64,000 nt of DNA from a virus, in the IMG/VR virus record IMGVR_UViG_3300017742_004322, positions 10,939 through 74,938 of that record; one strand, written 5' to 3'. Made by a program: the position numbers and the translations under genes. Positions 47,372 to 56,778 of the stretch are shown one piece after another; positions within the stretch are counted from its first letter, which is position 1; every line of letters starts with the position of its first letter. The notes under the pieces were generated by a model. That model searched no databases and was not told the origin of the DNA. It was given only the letters and a program-made list of their open reading frames with translations.

Positions 47372-49084
47372 CTACCCATCACAGCTTAAACAATCTTCTG
47401 TAGTACGAGAACCTAAATCACCTTTAATAACTGAATCTGTACGAAGATAATATAGAGTTTTAACACCTAATTTCCAAGCTTCCATATGGACTTGGTTAAT
47501 CCATTTGGGGGAATCTGTTGGGTCAAACGCTAAATTTAATGATTGTGTTTGATCAATGTATTTTTGACGAGTTGCTGCTTGTTGAACTAGAGAAAATTGG
47601 TTGATTTCTGGGAATGTCATGAAGATTTCCTTTTCATCTTCGGTAAGGATATCATTAGATAAACCCATTACAGAACCATTATCACCCATAATTTGATCCC
47701 AAACACGAGTTGTATTATGTTTTTTTTCCTTTAGTAATTTTTCTAATTCAGGGTTTTTAACTATAAAAGTTCCTTTAGCACCATTAAATACATAAATGTT
47801 TGCAGGTTGAGGTTCAATACCTGCTGAACAACTGTTGATTCGAGAATTAGATACTGTAGGGGCAATAGCTAATAAATGAGTATTTCTCATACCTGTACCT
47901 CTACACCAAACAGGTTCTCCATATTCTAAGGCCATTTGACGGGAAGCAGCCTCAGCTTTAGTTTTAATATCACTAAAAATAGTATGAGTCCAAGCTGTGG
48001 CTCCAATTGAGTTAAAAGGTAAATTCTTTTGTTGTAAAAAAGTATGCCACCCCATTACTCCTAAACCTAATGCTCTACCTTTTTTAGCACTTCTATGGGT
48101 ACGAACCATAGAATCTTTACCATTAGTTTTTTGGATGAATTCTTCCATTACACCATCTAAGAAGTAAGTAGCAACTTCAACTACATCTGTGTTTTTCCAT
48201 TCATCATATTTAGCTAAATTAAGAGAAGATAAACAACAAATAAAGCTATGTTCCTCATCTGTATGGAGTGTAATCTCAGTACAAATATTAGTCATAGAAA
48301 CATCTAAATTATTCATGCGGTATGCTAAAGGATTATCTTTATTAACATTATCCTTAAACATTATGTATGGTTCACCCGTTTCTACACGTGATTTAAGTAT
48401 TTCTAACCACAACGACATAGCCTCGCTGTCTCGATCCTGTAAGCGCTTCATAAACGCATCATCCACCATTACAGCTTGATGTAAGTTTAAACATTGTCTG
48501 TTAGGATCACCTTTAGGTCTGCGAATCTGTAAGAATTCTTTAATATCTTTATGATTAATATCTAAATTTACAGAAGAAGCTCCACGTCTTACTGAACCTT
48601 GATTAGTTGCAATAATAGTTGAATCATAAATTTTAGCCCAAGGGACAATTCCTTCTGAGACTCCATTTCCTGTTATACCTTCTCCTCTTCCTCTAATTCT
48701 ACTAAGGGATATTCCCACGCCTCCCCCATAGGAAGTAAGTCGCATAAGTTCTGCGTTAGTGAGACCAATACCACGTATCGAATCCGGAGTATCAACACCA
48801 AAACAACTAATAGGCAAACCCCGATCAGTACCGGTATTGCTGAGAACAGGGCTAGCGAGACCAATCCATCCATTCCAAATATATTTAAAAAATTTACTAG
48901 CTAAATCAGGGCGATTTAATCTTTCTGCTACTGCATTAGCTACGCGCCTATACGCTTTACGAGGAGTTTCCCCAGGCATTAAATACCCTTTTGATATTGT
49001 AGATAAAGCTACATCATCAAAAAATTCAGGGTAGTCTTTACCTCTTTCCCATTGGGAGTAATCGGCTATTATATTGTTATCCAT
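47372..49084 (-). CDS. nrdA: Class I ribonucleotide reductase alpha (no ATP cone)
   Basis: ISCF, NICTE, ICC, APT, LYYLR, C-terminal CLSC. Confidence 0.95.
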   Translation of the reverse strand: MDNNIIADYSQWERGKDYPEFFDDVALSTISKGYLMPGETPRKAYRRVANAVAERLNRPDLASKFFKYIWNGWIGLASPVLSNTGTDRGLPISCFGVDTPDSIRGIGLTNAELMRLTSYGGGVGISLSRIRGRGEGITGNGVSEGIVPWAKIYDSTIIATNQGSVRRGASSVNLDINHKDIKEFLQIRRPKGDPNRQCLNLHQAVMVDDAFMKRLQDRDSEAMSLWLEILKSRVETGEPYIMFKDNVNKDNPLAYRMNNLDVSMTNICTEITLHTDEEHSFICCLSSLNLAKYDEWKNTDVVEVATYFLDGVMEEFIQKTNGKDSMVRTHRSAKKGRALGLGVMGWHTFLQQKNLPFNSIGATAWTHTIFSDIKTKAEAASRQMALEYGEPVWCRGTGMRNTHLLAIAPTVSNSRINSCSAGIEPQPANIYVFNGAKGTFIVKNPELEKLLKEKKHNTTRVWDQIMGDNGSVMGLSNDILTEDEKEIFMTFPEINQFSLVQQAATRQKYIDQTQSLNLAFDPTDSPKWINQVHMEAWKLGVKTLYYLRTDSVIKGDLGSRTTEDCLSCDG

Positions 49085-49090
49085 AATTAA

Positions 49091-50074
49091 TTAAAATATA
49101 CTTTCATCCCACTCCATGTGGCCTTTTGAGTAATTAGTTACTCGGTTTGCAAAAAAGTCAGTATGTTGTTTACCTCCAGAAAGAGCACCAAACCAACTCA
49201 TTCTTTCTACGGCTGTTAAATCAACACCTTCAATAATAGGATCATATCCTAAATCACCTAATTTTACATTAACTCTATTTTTAATAAAGTTTATTAAATC
49301 TTGTTTTGGACAACCCTCTAAATCACCTAATTCATAAACCTTATTTATAAAATCTAATTCAAGTTGTAAAGATAATAAAGCTGCTTCATTTATAGCTGCT
49401 TGTAGTTCTGGGGTTTTGATTTCTGGGTTTTCATTAATAAGTGTTCTGAATAACCAGCATCCGGCTTCTGAGTGAAGGGATTCGTCTCTAATAGACCATT
49501 CAACAATTTGACCCACTCCTTTAAGCTTATTTCGCATCTTAAAAGATAAGAGTATGGCAAAGGAAGAGAATAAGTTAACTCCTTCGGTAAATGCGGAGAA
49601 TACAGCGAGTGATTTAGCAATTTCGTGGAGATCTTTTTTACCATTAAAACTATCCCTAACAGTAGTAAGATTTTCAATTTTAGCCATCGTAGCCTCATCT
49701 TCCAAAAATTCATCGAAGTTTTCAAGTCCAAGTGTTTCATTTAATAGTGAATATGCTTCAGCATGTATTGTTTCAAACGCACCGAAGGTTGTAGCCATCA
49801 TTATAACCTCTGGTTTTCTAAACCATTTAGTTACTAATCCTGACCAATAATCATTTACAACTGTTTCTGTTTGAGCAAAACCCTTAAGGATAGATCCTAT
49901 AATGTTTTTTTCTGTTTCATTTAAATTTGAGCTCCAATCTGTAATATCACTCATCATGGGAACTTCTGTATGTAACCAGTGGGCTTGTTGTTGTTTTAAC
50001 CAATAATCGGCTGCTTCTTGATATTCAAAAGGTTTGTAAACGATGCGTTCTTGCAAAAGATCTTTTTTTGCCAT
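49091..50074 (-). CDS. nrdB: Class I ribonucleotide reductase beta
   Basis: ETIHAEAY, TEG..LFSSF, RDESLH, DFF...VTNY. Confidence 0.95.
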   Translation of the reverse strand: MAKKDLLQERIVYKPFEYQEAADYWLKQQQAHWLHTEVPMMSDITDWSSNLNETEKNIIGSILKGFAQTETVVNDYWSGLVTKWFRKPEVIMMATTFGAFETIHAEAYSLLNETLGLENFDEFLEDEATMAKIENLTTVRDSFNGKKDLHEIAKSLAVFSAFTEGVNLFSSFAILLSFKMRNKLKGVGQIVEWSIRDESLHSEAGCWLFRTLINENPEIKTPELQAAINEAALLSLQLELDFINKVYELGDLEGCPKQDLINFIKNRVNVKLGDLGYDPIIEGVDLTAVERMSWFGALSGGKQHTDFFANRVTNYSKGHMEWDESIF

Positions 50075-50095
50075 TGTAATTTGTTAATTAAAAAG

Positions 50096-51463
50096 TTATG
50101 AATTGAGAAAATTACGTAACTGATCTTTTTCAGATAAACTGAAATTATCTTTTATAGTAGAACTTTCATTTGAATTTAATTCAGGGGAACCAGATAATTC
50201 TTCAAACTCTGCATCACTAATGATTCTATAATCACCAATAGCAATATTAATAGCAGCGTTATAAGTAAGTCCATCCATTCCGTATCTATTCTTCATTATA
50301 TGGAGTTTACCAACTCCGGTTTGTTTATCTTTTGCACGACGACTAATAGAAGCAGCAAAATCTGTTATCATCATTTTGTCATAAGAGCCCGCTGCTTTAT
50401 GTCCTTCAATTACTTCATCTAAAGCTCCTTGTCTGTTAACTTGAGAAGCTGACCAAATTGGGATATTAAGCTCGCGGGCTAATCCTTTCGTGCTTATATA
50501 AATATCATCAATTTCTTCCTTCCGCTCCTTACTTATTTTCTTTGATCGAAGAAGGTCAACATAATCAATAACTACTAAATCTATCTTAGTACCTAAATCT
50601 TCACATTTCTGGATGTGTGACTCAATTGTTGACATAGATGCCTTATTTGGGGGGAATTCTTTAATAATAAGTTTACCAGGTAACTTAGACATTATATCTA
50701 CAACTTTATCTTTATGCATTGCAATTTCATTAGAAGGAATACCTGTAAAATGAGCATCAAATCTCCTACCTACATATTCTTCACCTAACTCTAATGTATA
50801 ATATACTACATTAAATCCTTTTTTAACAGCACCACCTGCTATAGCAACTAATGACCAAGATTTACCAGCACCAGGACCACCAAATATCAAACCAAAATCA
50901 CCATTACCTAAACCACCTTGTAAAATATCATTAAATTGAGGCCAAGGAGTTGGTATAGTAATTCTTTGTTCTACTCTAAAACGTGATTCAATATCTTTCA
51001 TGTACTCATGTCCAATATTTTTATCCATACCTGCTTTAAGAGCATTATCAATTAATCCTCTAATTGAGTCATAATCTTCCGCTTTAAGTAAATCAACACT
51101 GCCTAATAGTGCTTTTTTAAGTTGTTGGTTTTTACAAAATGCTGAAAATTCAGATTCAATATATTCTGAATCTGTAGCTCCTATTTTATATGCATCTCTA
51201 AGCTGTTCTCTAATAGATACTTTTAAAACATCATTAGTAACTTTTTCATATTCAGATTTTAGTACCTCAGGTGTAGGTGTTGTATGATAATCATTATAAT
51301 ATTTAAGAATATTATCAATTATCCATTTATGAGCTTGGTTATCAAAATAAGATGAATCTAGTATATCATGAATATTAGTTAAAAACTCTTTACGACTAAG
51401 TAAGGAATGAATAACCTTAATTTGAAATGCTGAACCATACTTATTTAAATCACTTAGAGTCAT
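50096..51463 (-). CDS. Replicative helicase (DnaB/T4 gp41-like)
   Basis: GGPGAGKS, TLE, IDYVD, SQVNR, KNRYG. Confidence 0.93.
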   Translation of the reverse strand: MTLSDLNKYGSAFQIKVIHSLLSRKEFLTNIHDILDSSYFDNQAHKWIIDNILKYYNDYHTTPTPEVLKSEYEKVTNDVLKVSIREQLRDAYKIGATDSEYIESEFSAFCKNQQLKKALLGSVDLLKAEDYDSIRGLIDNALKAGMDKNIGHEYMKDIESRFRVEQRITIPTPWPQFNDILQGGLGNGDFGLIFGGPGAGKSWSLVAIAGGAVKKGFNVVYYTLELGEEYVGRRFDAHFTGIPSNEIAMHKDKVVDIMSKLPGKLIIKEFPPNKASMSTIESHIQKCEDLGTKIDLVVIDYVDLLRSKKISKERKEEIDDIYISTKGLARELNIPIWSASQVNRQGALDEVIEGHKAAGSYDKMMITDFAASISRRAKDKQTGVGKLHIMKNRYGMDGLTYNAAINIAIGDYRIISDAEFEELSGSPELNSNESSTIKDNFSLSEKDQLRNFLNS

Positions 51464-52499
51464 CTATAAAACTATTTAATGTTTGAAACTGGTTATTTAC
51501 CCAAAATTCAGGATTTTTAATTAAATGGCGTAACCCATCTTCTTGGTAAAATCTAAGAAAGGCTTTTGCATTTAGCACGGGTGGATTAACATCTATTTGT
51601 TCTTCTAAATACGTTTTTTCTAATTCATCTACCATCGGATTATGTAAATCCATGATTTTGTAATTTTTACGAAGGTTATCTTCTTCAAATACAATACGAG
51701 AATATATAAGATGTTCCTTATGCTTTTCTCCGGCTATTTCAATAATATCATCTAAAGTTAATTTACGTTCATTTAATTCAGGGAATAATTTACGTAACTT
51801 TTTCTCTCCTAAACCTTTTATACCAGGAACCTTATCTGAAGCATCACCCATAAGTACTTTATATAAAATAAAATTCTCAGGTAAAACATTAAATTTATTT
51901 ACTACAGTTTCAGGGGTATAAAAATCTTTTTCAATAGGACGGTACACACAAATTTTATTACTTGTTAATTGAATAAAATCTTTATCACTTGAAACAATAA
52001 ACGCACGGGAGTTGTTATTATTATTGGTGATAGTTGTTGCTAAATGTGCGATAATATCATCGGCCTCTACTTTATCGAGCGCTATGGTTTTTACAGGGAG
52101 ACACTTTAAATAATCGATTAATCTTACAATTTGATCTAGTTTAGCATCATGTTCATCCCCCACATTTTCAAATATCTCCCAGTTTGTAATACGAGACTGA
52201 TGACGGCCTGCCTTGTATTCTGAAAGAACATTTTTACGATTCATTGATGAATTTTCTCCATCAAATATAATATACATAGATGTGGGTTGAATGGCATTTA
52301 TTAGAGTCCCCAATGATCGAACAAATCCGCCTAGTCCACCTACATGAACACCATGCTCATTTACAATATTAAGCATTGCGAAGTTTCTAAAAAATAGATT
52401 TAGACCGTCAATAAATAAAACTCTTTCATGTGGTGAGGAGGGTGTCTCCGGCTCCTTATCCATGTTATTGAGGAGCTCTAATAAATCCTTATTTGCCAT
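51450..52499 (-). CDS. 5'-3' exonuclease / flap endonuclease (T4 RNase H-like)
   Basis: IDGLN, FDG, YKAGR, EADD, SSDKDF, GDASDKVPG. Confidence 0.93.
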   Translation of the reverse strand: MANKDLLELLNNMDKEPETPSSPHERVLFIDGLNLFFRNFAMLNIVNEHGVHVGGLGGFVRSLGTLINAIQPTSMYIIFDGENSSMNRKNVLSEYKAGRHQSRITNWEIFENVGDEHDAKLDQIVRLIDYLKCLPVKTIALDKVEADDIIAHLATTITNNNNNSRAFIVSSDKDFIQLTSNKICVYRPIEKDFYTPETVVNKFNVLPENFILYKVLMGDASDKVPGIKGLGEKKLRKLFPELNERKLTLDDIIEIAGEKHKEHLIYSRIVFEEDNLRKNYKIMDLHNPMVDELEKTYLEEQIDVNPPVLNAKAFLRFYQEDGLRHLIKNPEFWVNNQFQTLNSFIDDSK

Positions 52500-52502
52500 A
52501 AT

Positions 52503-53585
52503 TTAACTTGGTTCTTGTTCTGTGAATACCTGTGGTGTAGGTTCTTCATAAACTTCCTCAATAATATCAAAATCACCTCCACCTAGGATTTTACTCCATT
52601 CTTTAGTATGGTCATCTTTATATTTCTTAAGATCCTTATCTGAGTCATTAATAAAACCATGTGGGGTCATAATAATTTTACCTCTAGTAGTAAGACCATT
52701 AATATGGTTTTTATCAATTTGAAGATTAGTACGTTTAGCAAATTCAACTTGCTTTTTATCTTTAATTGCTTTAATCTTAGATGTTCCAGCATTAGCAATA
52801 TTACCAAATGTTACTACAAATGTAGCGTCAAACCACATAGCAAACCCACCTTTATTCATCAACTTTGGTTTACCCATAGGTGATTCAGGTTTTGCTGTCC
52901 ATACTTTATTAATACAAACTAATGTATTAGTATATGCTGAACTTTCCTTACGTGATAATGTAATTCTTTGGTTAACACTATTACCAAATTGGGTTGACAT
53001 AGCACCCGCATTCCATTCGTTATTATTCTTATTAGAACGTACTGATAACTCACAAGGTACTGAACCAATAGAATCCCAGAGGAACATTAGATCAAAAGGT
53101 AGATTACCTTTTTTCTGCTCATCTAGTAGATCAAGAATAAAAGCAGCAACATCTTCAATTGTATGAATAGTTTCACGATCAGCATAGATAAAATTACCTT
53201 GATAATCTATTAATTCACCAGTTTCTTCGTCAAATACTTCTTCAATATCTAAACCCATTTGCATAGCATGTTCCCAATTCCACTTCATTTCAGTAATAAT
53301 GAATACTGGGAGGATACCTGTTTTTTGAGCTGATACAGCGGCTTCAATAAGTGCTGTTGTTTTACCTGTATCTGAATGACCTCTTAGTAGACAGATGTGT
53401 CCAGTAGGTATTCCAGGTACTGAAGTAACTTCTTGGAAGGCGTTGCTTAGTGGGACCCACTGTTGGGGTTTAAACTTAACGTTCCCACTAAGACCTTTCT
53501 TATCTTTGAAATTACCTAGATCAAATTTACTTTTAATCTCAGCAGACACAGCTGCTGTTAGTGATTTACTTGCTTTTCTAGCCAT
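52503..53585 (-). CDS. uvsX: RecA/UvsX-like recombinase
   Basis: GHSDTGKT Walker A, WDS, GG, KNH. Confidence 0.85.
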   Translation of the reverse strand: MARKASKSLTAAVSAEIKSKFDLGNFKDKKGLSGNVKFKPQQWVPLSNAFQEVTSVPGIPTGHICLLRGHSDTGKTTALIEAAVSAQKTGILPVFIITEMKWNWEHAMQMGLDIEEVFDEETGELIDYQGNFIYADRETIHTIEDVAAFILDLLDEQKKGNLPFDLMFLWDSIGSVPCELSVRSNKNNNEWNAGAMSTQFGNSVNQRITLSRKESSAYTNTLVCINKVWTAKPESPMGKPKLMNKGGFAMWFDATFVVTFGNIANAGTSKIKAIKDKKQVEFAKRTNLQIDKNHINGLTTRGKIIMTPHGFINDSDKDLKKYKDDHTKEWSKILGGGDFDIIEEVYEEPTPQVFTEQEPS

Positions 53586-53587
53586 AA

Positions 53588-54418
53588 TTAAAAGGGTAGA
53601 TCATCTACTTTACTACTGCTATCATCATCAAATAAACTATCAAACTTATCTAATTTAGTTTGTTTAACATTATTTGTAGAGGTATTAAGCGAATAATTAG
53701 TTTGTGGAGTTTCTACTTCCTTTTCATCATCAATAATATCACCTTCTTGGTGATTATCTTCTGGAGATAACCAACTTTCAAGATTAGTTTTCATTTCCTC
53801 ATAAGGAACTTTTTTAAATACTCCTTGTGGGTCTACTTGGTTAGTTAAGAAAGATTCTACTTTAGAAGCATCATCATCTAGTGAGGTTTGCTTCATTGAT
53901 GGAGTAGCAGTAGTTTTATTGTACTTAGTACCTGTAACTTCTGGTCCTACAGTAGTTAACTTAATATCACGTCCTGAAGCCACATCAGTAAAATCACCTA
54001 CTTCCTCATCTACTGCCATTTGTAAGAATGAAGAATATAATTCTTTACCAAATTGCCAAATTTTAACACCTTCATCTTCCATACCACGAACGATAACAGG
54101 AGCAAAATAACGAACTTTTGGTTCGAGTTTTTTAGCTAATTTCCAGTTCTCAGGTTGGTCTGTTTGACGGAGTTTTTTGGAAAACTCTACTAGTGGATCT
54201 TTTTCCTCAAAATTAATTGGAGAAATCATTACTGGTTTCCCAATACCATAATGGAAATATAATTCACTAAATGGAGTTGATTTGTTAAACTTAGAAGGAA
54301 CAATACGAATAGTTTGTTTACCTACTGACGGTTTCCAAAACAATGATTTACCATTGTTATTGTTAGAGGCAGGTTTTTCCAGCGCCTCTAGTCGCTGCTT
54401 GATTACGTCTAAATCCAT
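53588..54418 (-). CDS. ssDNA-binding protein (gp32-like)
   Basis: FWKP, IRIVP, FHY, GRD, acidic DDLPF tail. Confidence 0.8.
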   Translation of the reverse strand: MDLDVIKQRLEALEKPASNNNNGKSLFWKPSVGKQTIRIVPSKFNKSTPFSELYFHYGIGKPVMISPINFEEKDPLVEFSKKLRQTDQPENWKLAKKLEPKVRYFAPVIVRGMEDEGVKIWQFGKELYSSFLQMAVDEEVGDFTDVASGRDIKLTTVGPEVTGTKYNKTTATPSMKQTSLDDDASKVESFLTNQVDPQGVFKKVPYEEMKTNLESWLSPEDNHQEGDIIDDEKEVETPQTNYSLNTSTNNVKQTKLDKFDSLFDDDSSSKVDDLPF

Positions 54419-54445
54419 GTTTATAACTTATTTTAATTAATAACT

Positions 54446-54476
54446 AAATATACGAAACGTTTTGGATAAATCCAAA
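54446..54476 (-). promoter_or_regulatory. Phage promoter for replication operon
   Basis: TTTGG-N15-TTCG-TATATTT. Confidence 0.8.
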
Positions 54477-54941
54477 TTAAAGTTCAATAATTGTGTGAAT
54501 TTTTGTTTTTAGTTCTTTAAGCTCATTTTGTTGAGTTAATAGAATTGTATTACGATAGTGTTGCCAGTCTATTCTAAAACGAGAGTCTACTACACCACCA
54601 TTTAAACGTTTAATTAACTCGTTTAAAGCATTAATAGTATAAAGAGTATTACTATCTTTTTTACGATGAACTAAAATTGTGTTATCTGGAATGGAAGATA
54701 CATTACCCTGATCAACATTGTAAGTAACAACATATTCGTTATTACTTTTTATATGCAGTACAAACATTTTGTTGTACATGATCGTATATTGAGATTGCAA
54801 ATTATTTACTAACCCATCAAGGTTTTCAAGACTAGTAAATGTGCAAAATAACTTATTATTCAAATCTATATTATTTGGGGATGAATGTATATCTGTCCCA
54901 TAAATATAGTCGTATTTAGGCAAAATCGTAGTTGATACCAT
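54477..54941 (-). CDS. Conserved phage hypothetical protein
   Basis: LFCTF, VHRKK..NTLYTINALN. Confidence 0.65.
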   Translation of the reverse strand: MVSTTILPKYDYIYGTDIHSSPNNIDLNNKLFCTFTSLENLDGLVNNLQSQYTIMYNKMFVLHIKSNNEYVVTYNVDQGNVSSIPDNTILVHRKKDSNTLYTINALNELIKRLNGGVVDSRFRIDWQHYRNTILLTQQNELKELKTKIHTIIEL

Positions 54942-56175
54942 TTTTTTCTTTTATTTGTAGTTTTAATTTATAAAAAACCTCTTTAATTTGCTTTAATATA
55001 TCTAATTCACTTTTATCTACATCAAGTAGAAATGAATCATATGTGTAAAGAACTAATTTAGTTTTCTTACCTTTTAATAGCTTAAATATACGATATAATA
55101 TTTCGATATTCAAGCTCGTTTCCATATTTTGTAAAATATAGTTAAATAATTTTTGTGGATTCATATTCTCTAATATATCACGTTTGTATTCGTAATTAGA
55201 GATTGGACATGTTATAACACCTTCTGCTTGGAAAGTTTCCCAGGTCGTACGTATATACTCACTTGTAGCTTTAAAAAACGGTAAATCTTTATAATTATCA
55301 AAAACTCCTCCGTATAATTGTTTAAATGTTAATTCTTTTGCTTTTGCATAATCCACATTATACATCTTAGCAAAATTTTCGTGTATATCTCCTTTACCAA
55401 AATCATAATCCACAAGCTTAGCACTAAGGGTAGGGTGATAAGCAGAAATATCAAATTCAAAAAAGACATCATTACGCGGTATAAAACTTTTCCTACACCC
55501 ATTATCTTTGGGGAGAGCAGCGTAGTTAACGCCGTTAAATTTGTTTGAAGGTCTGGTTGTAAGTGTTTTAAAGTTGTATTGTGTGTAGATAAATTCGTCT
55601 TCTGTTTCGTGGAAGTGTTTTTCAAATTCATTCTTATTTATTTTTATTCCATTACGTTCTATTGCATTAAATACTAACGTAACTCGGTCATTATAAAACG
55701 GGTTTACCACGGTATTAATGCGGTGCTCTAAATCATCATATATTTGCTCACAAACTTCATAATGCTTGGTAATTGGCACGATTTGGTTTACCGTTAATAA
55801 ATCCGGAAATCTTCTATATAATGTGGTATGAGCGGTTGTTAGTGGAAGTATATACGGAGGAGATCCTAATGTTATGTCTATAAGAGGATTTAAAATTGTA
55901 TAGTGAAGGAATTCTTTTTTATCCCTAACATATATTTTTTCTAACCCTTTTAAATATAAATAAACCTCATCTTCAAATAAGTTTTCACATTCAGGATGAG
56001 AAACAGGTAAAATATAACCCTTATGTCCTTTAATTGGACGTATATAAAAGGCTATAATTGAGTTTTGTGATGGGTGTTGATAAGGGTTATTTGAAATAAC
56101 CTCTATAAACGCTTCTTTAAAACCACTATTTTTTAAAACCTCGAATTGTTCTTTATTTTCTATTAACCAAAACAC
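54916..56175 (-). CDS. Divergent family A DNA polymerase-like protein
   Basis: TTRPSN, FDISAYHP (motif A), KELTFKQLYG (motif B), YTYDS (motif C variant). Confidence 0.8.
   Translation of the reverse strand: MFWLIENKEQFEVLKNSGFKEAFIEVISNNPYQHPSQNSIIAFYIRPIKGHKGYILPVSHPECENLFEDEVYLYLKGLEKIYVRDKKEFLHYTILNPLIDITLGSPPYILPLTTAHTTLYRRFPDLLTVNQIVPITKHYEVCEQIYDDLEHRINTVVNPFYNDRVTLVFNAIERNGIKINKNEFEKHFHETEDEFIYTQYNFKTLTTRPSNKFNGVNYAALPKDNGCRKSFIPRNDVFFEFDISAYHPTLSAKLVDYDFGKGDIHENFAKMYNVDYAKAKELTFKQLYGGVFDNYKDLPFFKATSEYIRTTWETFQAEGVITCPISNYEYKRDILENMNPQKLFNYILQNMETSLNIEILYRIFKLLKGKKTKLVLYTYDSFLLDVDKSELDILKQIKEVFYKLKLQIKEKNGINYDFA
55084..55114 (-). promoter_or_regulatory. Internal promoter within PolA-like gene
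   Basis: CTTGA-N15-ATCG-TATATTT. Confidence 0.55.
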
Positions 56176-56186
56176 TTAATACCATC

Positions 56187-56768
56187 TTATTTATAGTATT
56201 GAATATAATTAAATTTTAAATAGGCTCCAAGCCCAAATGCTTTAAATTGTTGTTGTTTTAATTCTATTATATTTTTATTAACTTCAAATACTTTATCTTT
56301 ATCTCCTGTTAGTTTCCAAGGTAAAGAAAAACCAATATATAAGGTATTTTTAAAAGGAGCATTAGTTTCATAATAAGCTTCTTCATTTGATTTTTTAGCA
56401 AAATGACGTGTAAATTCTCCAGTTTCGTAATCTTCATTAGTTGGTGAAGGATAAAATGTTATAGGTTGACTTGCAATACCTTGATTATATTGAACCTTTT
56501 TTAAAATACTATAATCTTGATTTCCAGGGAAAAACCTTGGATCTTCAGGGTTATTATCCTCAAATTCTTCTTCAGAAGGATATGTGGGAGTTTGGTTTAA
56601 GCTTATTAGTTGTAGATTTTCCCCATCTCCAGGATAATTACCTGTAAAGAATTTACCATCAAAAGTACTAAAGTATTGTCCTGTATATGGGGCTAGAGTA
56701 TTCTCATATGCTAATTCACCATTAGAATATAAATTAGGGGTTATATGAGATTTTGGGTAGTAGACCAT
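56187..56768 (-). CDS. Hypothetical virion/baseplate-region protein
   Basis: ORF track; synteny. Confidence 0.55.
   Translation of the reverse strand: MVYYPKSHITPNLYSNGELAYENTLAPYTGQYFSTFDGKFFTGNYPGDGENLQLISLNQTPTYPSEEEFEDNNPEDPRFFPGNQDYSILKKVQYNQGIASQPITFYPSPTNEDYETGEFTRHFAKKSNEEAYYETNAPFKNTLYIGFSLPWKLTGDKDKVFEVNKNIIELKQQQFKAFGLGAYLKFNYIQYYK
56201..56231 (-). promoter_or_regulatory. Promoter for PolA-like gene
   Basis: CTTGG-N15-TAAT-TATATTC. Confidence 0.6.
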
Positions 56769-56778
56769 TTTACATTTA

